Positions 26,050 to 39,295 of a DNA stretch of 64,000 nucleotides are shown here, one piece after another. Where the stretch lies: assembly GCA_028534125.1 (NCBI GenBank), contig CM052817.1:102674001-102738000 (forward strand), read 5' to 3'. A program made the translations under genes and the position numbers. The stretch's first letter is position 1. The number at the start of each line of letters is the position of its first letter. The notes beneath the pieces were generated by a model, which did not search any database, was not told the DNA's origin, and worked only from the letters and a program-made list of their open reading frames with translations. The DNA comes from Lama glama. Taxonomy: Eukaryota.

Positions 26050-26740
26050 TAAGTTTTACCTCATAGATCTTTCTCAAATTCATCTACTTCTCTCCATTTC
26101 CACTGCCACCTAAACTACTAAGATGGCTTCCCAGTGGGCCTTATACACATTCGCTCTTGCTCCTCCTGAATCCATTTTTTCACTGCAGCCAGTGGCATCT
26201 TTTTAAGTGCAGCTTTGTTCATGTTACTGTCTGTTTAAAACTCTCCAAGACCCCTGGGGATGGAAACAGCCCTTCCTAGAGCAGCTTCCCTTGACTTCTT
26301 CCTCCCTCACACACAGTGGCTCTAGAATCATGGCTTTTTTACAGTTTCTCTGAAGAGCAGTGTGTCATCCTACAGGGCTTCATAAATACTGCACGGAAAA
26401 TCCTTCTCTTCTCTCTTTGCCTATTTTCTTCCACTTTTCCCTTCATATTTCAGTTGAATCATCATTTTCTCAAAAGAATCATCCCTGTTCTTTAACTAAT
26501 TCATCTTCCCTATTATATGCTTTGACAGTGTCATGTCATAGTTATTTTAAATTTATTTGTGGGATCATTTGATTTACTATGATCTCCAACAGACTGAGAA
26601 TTTCGAAGAGGGTTATTTAGCACTGTGCTTGCTTTTTGTTTTTAATACAGACTACACTTGCTTTTGCTCACCAGTGTATCCCTAAATACTTAGCACAGAG
26701 TGTCTGGCACGCAATAGACCTAAATAAGTATTTTTAAAAT
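26050..26740 (+). mobile_element. L2 3' fragment
   Basis: catctacttctctccatttccactgccacc...cttagcacagagtgtctggcacgcaatagacctaaataagtattt. Confidence 0.6.
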
Positions 26741-29700
26741 TAATTTCAACTGAGTAAATCTAATGAGTACCAATTATTAAAAATACACTCTATCTAAAAC
26801 TCTGAGCGACTTTCTTTGTAAGATTTATTTAATCTTTATAAAGACTTATAAAGTATTATTTAATTTTAAAGATGAAGATATTGAGATGTTAAGTTCTCCA
26901 AAGCTGCACAGCTGATATGCAAACCAGACAGGTCTGACTCCAAAGCACATTAACCAATCTGAATTGTGATTATACCAGTTTGCTCATTTACCACCTGATT
27001 TTGTTTCCCCCTTTTAGCCTAGACAGACTTACCTCTTTATTTTTTCAAAAACTCCAGCTTTCAAAACACACCTGAATAACTCAAAATAATTTGTTTTATA
27101 GGTATATGTTTCAGGAACACACTTTTTTCAGAGAAGTGTACATCTTCTTGGCAACATTAAATGATGTTCTGGGTTCTGTCTGATTATATCTTTGTATCTG
27201 TACATCTGTTTCTGTAATGGAATATTTAAAAATCAGAAAGCCATTAGTATTAATAGATTTTATTCATTATCCCAATATAAAGCAAAAAAAAAAGCAGAAA
27301 GGGATTTTTTAATGTTTTACCTCTTATATTGTAGATAAATCAACAATTATGCTAAATTTTAAAGTTATATAACCCTATAGAAAATCTATGTTTCATCTAA
27401 TGTAATTTTGCAGTGCTGGTTCATTGCCAAGAAGTGACATTTTCAGCTTTCAATCTGTCAACTATTTCAAGCAAGAGAACCTTAAAGTATAGGCTCAATA
27501 ATTTATATTCTTAATTTGAACTGACCAAAGCAATAAAATCTTCCCAGGCCACTTTACTTGGAAAATACTCATCTTAACCCATTTTGAAAGACTGAGAAGT
27601 AAATCTTAAGTCATTCAGAGAACTTGTTCCCCACAAGCATACTATTACTGTGAAGAGACCTCTTCCTCTTGCACATAGAAATATAATGGGGCCGTCTAGT
27701 GCAACAACTGGAACCACCACTAATTACCCTGAGGAACAGCAGTCAGAACACACGAGGCTGGTTTCACCACTGGGCTTTATGGCGCCGTATTTTTCAGCAA
27801 GGTGAATAGTGATTAAGCTGCGTGAATTCCCATTAGAGCCATGTGTCAGAACCAAAAGGTACTGGGGTTGCAAGTCATTTTAAATTCATTAACGGAAGAA
27901 GCAGCAATAAGTAAATACTTGACCACGTTGGGCTGTATTAGATATATTTAGGGGTGGATGAAGCCACAGGGGTATCACATTTAGCTCTAATGCTAGGGCT
28001 TGGCTAAGTAATTTCAGTCCACATTTCCCGAATGGTGAATTGCTCTTACACAGTCATTTCGTAAATGCTTATTATTTCTCACTCACAAAGGGGAACACTG
28101 AGTCCTCCCCTTCTTTGCTTTTGCATGCATACTCATAGATTTCTGAGATTTTGTTGACAAGCCATTGCTTCAGATTTGAATGGGAGGTACCATGGTTTAT
28201 AGAAAATACAGTATTTTGTCGAGGATATGAAAAATGTTCCTTAAGGACTTCTGAGACCCTGTTCCAGGCCGACCACAGTCACTACCCTGAGTTCTTGGTG
28301 TCAGTATAAAAGCCAAGGTAAAACGCTATCTTCAGAAATGTGTGAAGTTCAGTGACCTTTAATACTCTGTTCTTTAAAAAATCTGTTCTTACAGTTGTAA
28401 TTCAAGTGTCCAAATTTCCCCACAAAGCCACCTATGATTGCAAAGGAGACATCTGGAATGAGTGTCAGCTCTTTCAGCTCACATAGATGGTTCGCTGTTC
28501 ATTTGTAGACTCTGTAAAACACGTGATTCCAACTAACGAGACTTAAAGTGACAAAATCAGTCCCTAATATTCAGAATATTTGTTTTTAATCTTCTCATGT
28601 TGAAGCCAAAGCCCTTCAACCCTCCTAATCTGCTTTCAGAGCAAAGAAGCACACGTCTCTGGTTGATGCCCGTCTCGATCTGCTAACGGCATCAGCAGTG
28701 GTCACCCAACCACTACTCACAAAGTAGGGAGGCTGACGCAGAGAACTAAGGTGGGATGCGACTTCCCCATGGCCTCATGCTTCCCATACCTCTTCAGTTA
28801 TCTAGCCTGGAACCACCTATGACCTGCTTAAGTCAAGGGCTAGGTGAGTTATTTCCTAAAGGGCAAAGAAAAACTATTTGTTCTTGAGGAAAATTTCCAT
28901 CTTCCAATGCTTGTGTAAATAACAATCTGTTCAAGATTTTGTTTAGAAAAATAAAGCAATCATTTAGAAATGTGTGGTCAGAGACAAGTCTTGTTTGTTT
29001 TTTTTTTTTTCTCCTCAAAACTGTCAGTCTGTCTTTACTCATCTCTCCTCTAATAAATGAGCATTCTCCGGTTAGTCGGTTTTGTTTTCGATTTTTCGCC
29101 TCTCCCACAACAGTCCTAGTGTGTTGTTCCATATGTTTCTCACCATAACTTATTTTTCAAACTGAAAATATTCTAGTGGGTCTAAGAGTATTCAATGAGA
29201 ATTTGTACATTTTATTTTTTACTCTAAAATTAAATAAATAAATATATATAATAAGCATATTAGAATCAGTTTATAACCTAACACTGCCACAAAATTTATT
29301 TGCATTAACTTATACAAATGTGGCTGTCCATGTTAAGACTAACTGACATCACCATGTTCTGTATAAATGAGATTTTAAAAGGAGTTCAAATAGAAATAAG
29401 TAGTGAGAGAATTTGTCCTCACCCATTCTTGGCAGTAAAGACATGTCAAATTTGAAATAAAACAAAATTACACTTGCATTGTGGCAGTCAGAACCTATTC
29501 ATGTTGTGAGAGGATGAGTTGGCAGAGCCCATACATGTAAACAGAGGAAAGCTAAAGCACATTATTAACAATACATATTAGAGAACAAAGACTTAAGAAG
29601 AATGAAGCACTGTTTTATGCACTGCAGTTAATAATCTTGGTTTCTCGCCAGATAGCTACCACTACTTCCTCTTACAGAACTTGATTATGTTAGCCATCCA

Positions 29701-30259
29701 TCCCTCTGCATGGCTGCACCCCAATTCCTATCCCTTGTCCCTTTCTTATCTGTGTAATACCCAGCATATATACATTCACAGACTACAAATACTGAAACGG
29801 CACTACTTAAAGTTAATCCTGTGCTTTGTCCTATATTTGAAAAGAACAGTAATTGATATAGAAAATAAACACAAAGTTAATTTACCAAATTTTTGTAACA
29901 CACTCATGCACATAGCTGATCTCTACATTGTATTATTAAAGGCCAATTCAGAAACTGATCTAATATAGAAGTGGACTTGGGTTGCATCATCCTACTATTA
30001 AAGCTGACTTTAATTTTAGGTTTAGCAAAATAATATCCTTTATATTAAATTAATATTGCTAATTTGAATTTCTTTGACTTCGTTGCTTTGTTTGTATTAA
30101 ATTTGTACATTAGTTTTGGTTTTAAAACTGTACAAACCCCAAACACAAAATGAGTTTAAACCTACTTAACAGATTGTCCAGCTTAATTATCTAGTCTAAA
30201 TCATGCGGCTCACTCTCTCAGGAAAAAATACACCACAGTTGTTAGTGGCATAGAATGTG

Positions 30260-30460
30260 GAGGGAGATATCCCGGCTTTGAATCTTAACGTCACCACGTC
30301 GGAGCTGTGTGACACTGGAAAAGTATACAAACCTCTCTATAAAGAGAGACTGACACCAGCAATCCCTTAGTTTGCTATTAGAATTACTTGAGTTAATATA
30401 TGGGACAGCCTTGAAATAGTACTTGGCACATAGTGTGTGCAAGTGTTAGTTTTTGCTGTT
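30260..30460 (+). mobile_element. MIR SINE
   Basis: ggctttgaatctt...agctgtgtgacactggaaaagt...aacctctct core, ending cttggcacatagt. Confidence 0.5.
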
Positions 30461-30606
30461 ATTCTATCAGTTTATCATGAGCAATGATTAGGGTGGGTAT
30501 TTACTGGAGGTATCAGTCTTGAGCTGATGACTATAAAGCAATCAATTTTGTGTCTAAAGAAGCTGCAGTAAGACCAGTCATTCTGCTATGACCCCTAGGT
30601 ACTAAC

Positions 30607-30948
30607 TGTCTTAGCCTATTCTGGCTGCCAGAATGAAAAAACCACAGGGTGGCTTATAAACAGGAGACATTAATTTTTAACAGCTCTGGTGCCTTGAAGT
30701 TCAAGATCAAGGTGCCACCGTGGTTGGGTGAGGGCCCTCTTCTGGGTTTCAGACTTCCTGTGTCTTTACCTGGCAGAGGGTCTGGGGAGCTCTGTAGGCC
30801 CCTTTTATAAGGGCACTAATCCCATTCATGAGGTCTCCACCCTCATAATCTAAGCACCTTCCAAAGTCTCCCCCTCCTGATACCATTGCATTGGGCATTA
30901 GGATAGGAACATGAATTGTGGTGGGACACGAACATTCATTCTATAGCA
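30607..30948. mobile_element. MaLR solo LTR (MLT1A-like)
   Basis: TG...CA termini with a perfect 5-bp TSD ctaac (30602-30606, 30949-30953). MLT1 motifs gaagttcaagatcaaggtgcc and ataagggcactaatcccattcatgagg. Confidence 0.88.
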
Positions 30949-32901
30949 CTAACCAAGTTTCAAGTAAGTGTATAAAGCCACATACACAGTCCACATTAAC
31001 TTAACCTTCTCATAAATGTTTTTTTTTTCTGAATTAATTTCTGGTGCTTTGCCTTTGGCTTTTACCAAGGGTTGACATTTTAAATGGCCATATTTTTTTG
31101 CAACAAATGTTAAGTGTAACTCACTCCCACGCACCAGGGATTTTCCCAGAAGGCATAATTTCAACTCATTTTTCAGAAAAATTAGAAACCTGTAGTTGAA
31201 TTCATGAATAATTGTTTCAGCTTAGCTGCAGTGAACTTACACTTTGGTTTGGTCACCTAAAGGTGGCATTTCTTACAGCTTTGCTCTGCTCAGTAATTCA
31301 TACCACCAACTCAAGCCCCGTTCCTTTGTGTGTTCTCTCGGAACTTACAGTGATCTATTATAGGAGAGTGGAGGTCTCTTTAGAACTTTTTTGGGCTAAT
31401 TTATACCAGTTCTTTTATAGATGATCACAACGTAAAACTGAAGTCTATCCATGGAGAAGACTTTCATTATCTTCTTTGCCCAGTTCTTGCCTTCATTTAG
31501 ATAGTCTCCAAGATGCCAGCCAGATAAACAGATAGATATTAAAAGACATTACTGAAGCTTCTTCTGTCTATACTACAGGATCACTGTTTTTATAAGTATT
31601 TTGAAGACCCAAATGAGTTGGCCCACAAGAAGACCACATAGCTGAAAAGCTGATGTCTCTGAAGTGCATTAAAAGTCTATTTCATTCAAATTAGAACACT
31701 GAAGTTTTAATTGGCTAATAAATCTACCATGTTTTAATGCTAAATAAGTTTGTTGTATAGTAGGAATCTTGCTTGACTTGGAGAAAAATACAGTAGACAT
31801 CTGGGTTCCTCTGAAATTCAATGGGGAAAAACGTTAGTCTTTGTTCCCAACATTCCTTGAGGTCAAGAAATACAGTTTGAAGTGTGACTGCAAAAAACTG
31901 CCTTGACCACTTTCCTATCTATGACAAAAATTGTATTTTTATTGTTATTTAATTGGTCTCAACTTGCATAATTCATACCTAAAAATGTCAGACATTTGTT
32001 AAATATTTATTAACTGATAAACTGTTCAGAAAAGTTAACATCTACCCTTCTATTTTTTTTCAAAATATCTTCTGTAGACCATGATATACTCTTAGTTCTG
32101 AAGCACTGAGAGTTTATATTAATTATGGAATTGCATTTGAGATTAAGCCAGCTATTAAAAACAACTTGAATATTATGATCCATGAAAAGAGCTACATTCA
32201 CTTTTATTCTCCAAGCGACATGCTAGACAATTTTGTTCTTTATGCGAACGCTTCATCTACAAAGGATTTGAAGTGGCTTATAGAAATGTGTGAGTTTTAC
32301 AAGGAAAGATCAAATAATTGGGGGAGTTGGGGGTGAGGGGAACATCTACTGAAAGAAATGAAAGTGAAGAGTAAGTTTCCACTCAAATATTTATGACATA
32401 AGGTCCAATCAAAGTGCTAAACTGGGTCTAGAGAATTCTTGTTAAGTCTAGTCAGAGAGGTTAATTGGTGTGTATTTTATAAAACCAAAATCTGTTCATA
32501 ATGTTATTTTCCAATAAAACATTAGGAAGGTAAAACTCTACATTAACTTTTTAAATTACTGATGTTTAAACAAAGAATATCAATTTCCATAAGAATAATA
32601 GAGACTCATACTGTTTGCTAATCCACTTAATAAAAGCTGGTATGGATATGCCGATGTGAAAATCTAGAGAGAGAAAATGGTCTCCCACGTCCTACCTAGT
32701 TTGCAGCTTCAGTGCCTAATGCTGTTTGTCATCTATTAGTAACTCAATAAATACTTAATGAATGAGTATAGAAATCAATGAATTAAGAAACGAATGAAAA
32801 AAGATACATGGTTCTGGGGATCCTGCTGGCTTCTTCAATTTGGGGATCACTGTGAAAAATATCTAAAGACACTATATGGAAGTGTGTTTGTAGCTGTTTC
32901 A

Positions 32902-33671
32902 TTTTTTTTTTGTAGGATCTTCAGGTAGTATCTTGCAGGGGCATTTCTTTCTTTTTTTTTTAAACTTTTTTTATTGATTTATAATCATTTTACAATGTTG
33001 TGTCAAATTCCAGTGTTCACCACAATTTTTCAGTCATTCATGGACATATACACACTCATTGTCACATTTTTTTGTGTGTGAGATATCATAACAACATTTT
33101 GTGTATATTTCCCTGTGCTATACAGTGTAATCTTGTTTATCTATTCTACAATTTTGAAATCCCAGTCTATCCCTTCCCACCCTCCACACCCCTGGTAGCC
33201 ACAAGTCTGTATTCTCTGTCTGTGAGTCTATTTCTGTCCTGTATTTATGCTTTGTTTTTGTTTGTTTGTTTTTGTTTTTTAGATTCCACATATGAGCAAT
33301 CTCATATGGTATTTTTTTCTCTTTCTGGCTTACTTCACTTAGAATGACATTCTCCAGGAGCATCCGTGTTGCTGCAAATGGCATTATGTTGTCGATTTTT
33401 ATGGACCATCCTACACTGCTGGTGGGAATGCAGTTTGGTGCAGCCACTATGGAAAACAGTGTGGAGATTCCTCAAAAGACTAGGAATAGACTTACCATAT
33501 GACCCAGGAATCCCACTCCAGGGCTTGTATCCAGAAGGAAATCTACATCAGGATGACACCTGCACCCCAATGTTCATAGCAGCACTATTTACAATAGCCA
33601 AAACATGGAAACAGCCTAAATGTCCATCAACAGGTGACTGGATAAAGAAGATGTGGTATATTTATACAATG
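32902..33671 (-). mobile_element. Young L1 with 5' inversion (twin priming) and short extra 3' sequence
   Basis: Minus 3' end ~32945-33404 and inverted plus ORF2 piece ~33403-33671. Duplicated flank tgtttca(T)10-11g at 32895-32912 and 33670-33688. Confidence 0.85.
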
Positions 33672-33850
33672 TTTCATTTTTTTTTTTGCAGAAAGCTCAG
33701 AATCAGATTGTAAACTCTTAAGATTAGTGACTACGACTTATTCATCATTTATCTTTCCTCCCACTCTTGCCCTCCAAAAAACTAGCAGCTGTCATTAAAA
33801 AACAAACAAAACCCATAAAAACAACAGCAATAACAACAAAACTCCTACAC

Positions 33851-34227
33851 TGTGTCAGGTGTTTTTCATTTATCTCACAAAATACCATACACTGAGTGGC
33901 TTGGGCAACAGGAGCTTGTTTTCTCATGTTCTGGAGGCTGGAAGTCAGACATCAGGGCGTCAGCATGGTCAGGTTTTGGGGAGGGCCTTCCTCTGGCTTG
34001 GGATTGCCACATCTCCCTGGGCGCTCACATAACTTCTTCCTCGTGCACACCCTGGGAGAGAGAGAAAGCTCCGGTTCTTCTTGTAAGGGCACTAATTCCA
34101 TCTGAGAGCACTCCCACCTCAGAAACTCATCTAACCCTAATTATTTCCCAAAGTCCTCATTTTCAAACACCAAAGTTTAGGGCTTCAACACAAATTTTGG
34201 AGAGACACAAATTTCAGTCCATGACAC
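33851..34227. mobile_element. MaLR solo LTR (MLT1-like)
   Basis: aaaataccatacactgagtggctt...ttctggaggctggaagtc...taagggcactaattcc...ttcagtccatgaca. Similar to 30607-30948. Confidence 0.8.
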
Positions 34228-36651
34228 TTAGTCTTCGTGAGACCCTGCAAAGTTAGAACGCTACTGGAGTAGAAGGGCCTGAAGTTGGGACGTTATATGT
34301 TTGTGTCATTTGTTTGCTTACCCATAATCTAGATTTTATCGGGATCTGATAGGAACAAGCCCTAGAAAACAAACTCACTCTAAGCATACTTTCAAGCATG
34401 ATAAACATTTTAAAACAAAATGTTAGTTTGTTATTTTAACATGAGAACACTACTATCAAGCAGATAATGGTTGACTTAACAAATCAGTAAAAAATTGTCC
34501 TGATATGAAAAATGAAATAGGAAACTACATTCTGGTCAAAGTGCCAGCTGATGAATTTATTCCTCCACGCTTTCCACATAGTGGAAAGGCTTCATTAACT
34601 ATTTGTTAAATTTTCTGCTAGACTCACAGGAAAAAAATGAGAAAAGTATTCTTGAAGGATGGACTTAAGTACTTGGAATGAACAGTAGTCTACAGAAAAT
34701 TCACCAAATGGAGCTTGATTAAGCTACCGGAGCTTTTCCAGTTGGGAACTAGAATTTTTCTCACAGGACATTGTCAATTCTGTGATCAGTTTCCATATAA
34801 TCACCTTGTGTGACTGTGGAAAATTCATTTTCTGTGGTGACTGGATCCCTGGCTGTAAGTTTTAGTGCTGCCATTACAAAACCTTAAACAAGATACTTGG
34901 TTACCCTGAATTGTCATTTTCTTGTAGTAAGATATTTCTCAGGAGTTGTGTGATAATTCAACAAAATAAAATGAAAGTAAGAGCTAAAGCTATGGAGTGT
35001 GTCTTATATTCTAGACAAGGTGCTTATTGTTTTATTTACATCAGTTGTGCCTTTGGTGCCCATTCAATTTTTCCTTCCCTGCACTTGCTCTGCCTTCCTG
35101 CAGGTAGATTCTATGTACTTCCTACCAGCTTTGCTTGGCCAATGGGGTGTGAGTGGATGGGATCCAAATAGCGTCCAAGCAGAAACTTTAAATGAACTTT
35201 TGCACTTGAGTTCTGCCTCCCCCAGTTTCTGCCCTCTGCCCTGGGAAAGGGGATCTCAGGGGCTGTCCTTCAGCCAGAGACTTGAAACAAGGAGGCATGT
35301 GGAGTTGAGCACTGCCCAGAAGAGCTACAGTCGACTCAAGCCCTCATATAATACGATCAAATAATAAATATTTGCTGCTATAAGACAATGAGAATTTTTG
35401 AGTTTTTTGCTGCTGTAGTCGTGCCTAGAAGCCAATTATTCATAATTTTGGAATATGTGTCACTGACTTCAAGGCCAGGTGGTGGACAGCCAGGAGACTG
35501 ATCCAGATACCAGTATATTTATTGTTATCCCATGGGATGCAATGCTATTTAAATGACACTCTTTTTCAATTATTTCTTAATTTTTGGAGGGTGGGGTTTT
35601 GCTATTTAAAGTGGTATATTATATATATTTTTCTTGACACAAACGTGCATTCGTTGTATTCACAAAACAGCCTGCTTTCCTAAAACAATACAAACAGCAT
35701 GTTCAGCAGTGGGAAGCTGGCCATGGGCAAGGCCCCCCACCCGGCACCTACCCCCACCTGCAGCGGGTCAGGCACAGAAGCCCTTTCTTCTGTTGCCATC
35801 AGCAAAGGACAGAAAAAAGGGCCTTATTTTCTCTAAGGGAAGTAGCCAGGTTCAGAAATACCGAGACATGGGCTCCCCAGATCTTAACGGATAAACGAAC
35901 AGAACCTTCCTTCGTTTACACAAAATCATCACTGTTGGGGTGGGGGATCCCGTTCTGGGGACCGAGCATGCAGCACAGCAGGCCTGGGCCCCAGGGGGTG
36001 GGTGGGCTGCTCCCTCCCACTCTGCGAGCTCCTAGGGGCAGCGCCGCACGAGTGGATTGGTACCCAGGGGTTGACAGGGCGCCGTCAACATTCTCTGTAA
36101 ACATGAGTGGATCCTCCAGGCAAACAATGCACCATTTCATGGTCAAAAAGAATCAAAGGCAGTTTAAATGAGGGTGGAGTTAAACTGTGCTAAATTACAG
36201 TAGTGCTTATTAGCAACTAGATTTCAAAAGGTTACAGAAAATTTACATTTTCTACACAAAAACTGCATCTCCTGCACAGACAACATCGACATTGACTCAG
36301 GAAGAAAACTGATTGTCCATTCTTTGCCCAGGAAGTCTTGGTACTTTATAGATTCATCTTAACCTCTTTTTTTGTTGTTCTTCCAAAAAATTAGTTAATT
36401 TTTTCTTTTTCTTTTTATACTAGGGACGTGGAGATGTTAAAATGACAACAACAACTATATATATGTAAAAACAGGAATGAAATCTGCGAGAGAATATTTG
36501 TGGTTCTAAAGACAGTGCATCCATTTGTCTTCGCTTGAATCCTTTGCCAGAGGCCACACGAGCAGTGACGCTGCACAGAGAGGGCAGCTTTGGGTTCCCG
36601 CCACAGTCACTAAAACCACCGGAAGGCAGCTCCCATCAGAAGCATCACCTT

Positions 36652-38217
36652 CTGGCAGGAACAGGAGACAAAAACAAGGAGAGAGTTCAGCCAGGGTCTG
36701 GCTGGGCCTGGTTAAAGATGTTCACCCCATGGATGGCCTCACGATGGAGGGATGGGCATGGAGTAACAGAGGCCACCCCGTAGAGTTCCTGCCATCCTGG
36801 CCAGGCCAGAGAAGCCTGACCCGCTGGGCCACTGGAGGGCCCGGAGCACCCAGAGGCCTCCTGAGCCCCTGTGCCCAGGAACACTCCTTCCAGACAAGAA
36901 GACTCCTTCCAGACAGGAAGACTCCTTTCCCCGGTCCAAAGGCCACAAGCACCAGGTGCCTGTGGTGCATCTGAGAGTTATGGTCACGTTTCTGTCAAAT
37001 GAGTACGTGTACACGTGTATACGTGTGCACTGGACACATACATGGTGTGTGCCTTGAGCTGTGCAACAGTGATTAGTGTGTTTGGAAATGTGCTGGGAAG
37101 GAAGGATGCTTGCTGTGTCTATTAAGAGCTGCGCCTGTAATAAGACTGGGTACTGGGCATGATGTGTGTGTGTGTGTGTGTGTGAGTGTAACTGTCTCTA
37201 CACTAGATGAGAGCAGGCGCCTTTGTAAGCACACAAGTGTGTTCTCCGGACAGGAGGGCAGATGCATGCTGGGGCTTGGGGTGGGGGATAGCCACGGCTG
37301 GGGTGCCATTGTTTTACAGCCATTCTGTACATCTCCATCAAGCCCGCTCGCAGAGAGGCGGGGACAGGGCAGGGTGAGCAGGCTGAAAAGTTGCTTTTGT
37401 ACCCAGGCCTGACACCACAGCAAGGTGTCATGGCTGAGGGTATGGGACAGGCCCTCCTACAAGGGTGGTGAGAAAACAGCATGGGAACCCTTCTGCCTTC
37501 TCAAAGCCAATCCCACAGTGGCCAAGGCTTGCCTGCACTCCAGGCTCAAGCCATCCCCTGGTCCCAGGCCCGTCCACAGGACCCCTGGCCATTAAGTATG
37601 CAGCCAGACTGATCTTAGGGTCCCAAGGCACCCCAAATTTGTTAACTAGGTGCCTAGAGCTAGGGTTCTTCCAGGCCTCAGGGCAAAGCAGTCAGCACTG
37701 GAGCTGCACTATCCTTGGGTGGCCTCAGGGGGAAAAGTTGGTCTCTGAAAGGGCAAATGAAGGGCTTACCCCTCAAAGCCACAGGGTCCACCGGACAGAA
37801 CCCCTGAAATGGTGCAGAGGAGAGTCCCGGAATCTTGGGTCACGGACTGGAAGCATTAGGACATGTCTGAAAGTCAGAGACTTAGTACCTCTGTAGGAAT
37901 CTCAATCCCTGACCCAAAACTCCAGGAGGGGTTCAGAATCCGGGGGTTTGGAGAGAATGCTAGGCCCCTGCCTGGAATTTCATGCTTGCCTAGGCTCAAA
38001 ACAACCTACGGGCATCTATCTGAGGATGTGGCTCTGACTTGTGGGGCAGTGAAGCGGTGTCTTGGAGCCTGCCCTAAAACCCCAGAGCCCAGGGATGGGC
38101 TGCGCATCCCGCAGACACTCGCCCAGGCAGAAAAGGTGGGGATCCGGGCAGGAGTGGGTTTGGACTGCCAGACAGGCGCAAGAGCCCACATACCTCCCTC
38201 TAAGGCGTTTAAGTTAC
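36652..38217 (-). other. Retained GT-AG intron (1566 bp) within the CXXC5 retrocopy
   Basis: Donor CTGGAG|GTAACT at 38217. Acceptor ctgaactctctccttgtttttgtctcctgttcctgcCAG|AAGGTGATG at 36652. Removing it restores ...AALE-KVML..GAAFRWF in frame. Confidence 0.9.
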
Positions 38218-38299
38218 CTCCAGCGCAGCACAAGGCTTGAGTTCCTCACATTTCCTCAATTTGCAAATCTGATAGCCAGTCTTTCGGTTCCTACAACTG

Positions 38300-39295
38300 C
38301 TGCACTGCTCGCAGCCGATGCGCCGCGGGCAGGGCGCACACAGGCCGCAGCGTTTCCGCTTCTTCCCGCCGGAGCTGATGGCGGAGGCCAGCTCTCCCGG
38401 CATGGGGTACCCGGCCAGGCCGGCCATGTGCAGCGCGCGCTCAGCCAAGAACACGCCCGCCGAGGTCATGATGAAGAGGCCTGGGCTGATGGGGAAGGCG
38501 CCCAGGTAGGGGAAGTCGGACTGGCCAGTTGAGGGCTTCGGCACCCGCCACGGCCTCCATGTCGGGCAGGCCGGGCGCCCGCCTCGCTCACCCGCGGTCG
38601 GCGCGCCTGCACCACGCGCTTCAGCATCTCCACGCACTGCGCGAACTGACGCAGCGTCAGCTGTCCCTCGGCTGCTAGCTCCGCGGCTCGCTCTGCCTTG
38701 CCCAGCAGGCTGGCCACAGCACCACCTTCGTGCTTTTGTCCGCCGCCAGGTCGTGCCCACTGGCCAACAGGGAGGCAGCGGCTGCAGCCGCACCAGCCTT
38801 TGCAGCAGACTCCCCGCCCATCATGCTGCCAGCGCCACTGCCCCCAAGGGAAGAGCAGCGGGCGAGAGGGCGGGGGCGGCGCAGGCGCTTGTTGAGGGGT
38901 TCGCTGCTGATGCTGCTCTCGTTCCGACGCCGGGTGGGTGGGGACATCGTCTGCTACCGAGGCGCGCGCACTCTTGCCTGCCACTCCCGCCTTCCCGCCG
39001 CCGCCGCCACTGCAGCCACTGGCGTTGCTGCTGCTTCTGCCGCCTGTGGCCTGGGGGCCGCTGCCCAGGCTCGACAGGGTGGGGCGGAGACCTAGACCGC
39101 GCGTCTGCGGGAGCCTGCCAACTGCGAGGGATCCACAGACGAGCAGCGGGCCCTTCTGCCCACGACAGGGACGCCGGGGAGGCCTTGCTGCTCGGGGCAG
39201 GTGCACGTGGACGTGTCGTCACTCTGAACTTCGGGGCAGCCGCACCGCCAAACTTTCCATCGACGTGCAGCGAACTCTGGCCCCCGCCACGCCTA
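38300..39295. promoter_or_regulatory. CpG island carried by the CXXC5 retrocopy
   Basis: About 1 kb of very GC- and CpG-dense sequence (GCGCGC and GGGCGG motifs) in an AT-rich window. Activity unknown. Confidence 0.7.

Noticed and set aside
36883..36927. 19-bp tandem duplication in the retained intron (also small duplications at 14896-14921 and 61021-61061)
   Set aside because: Ordinary slippage-type duplications of two to three units, with no spacer array or CRISPR-like structure.
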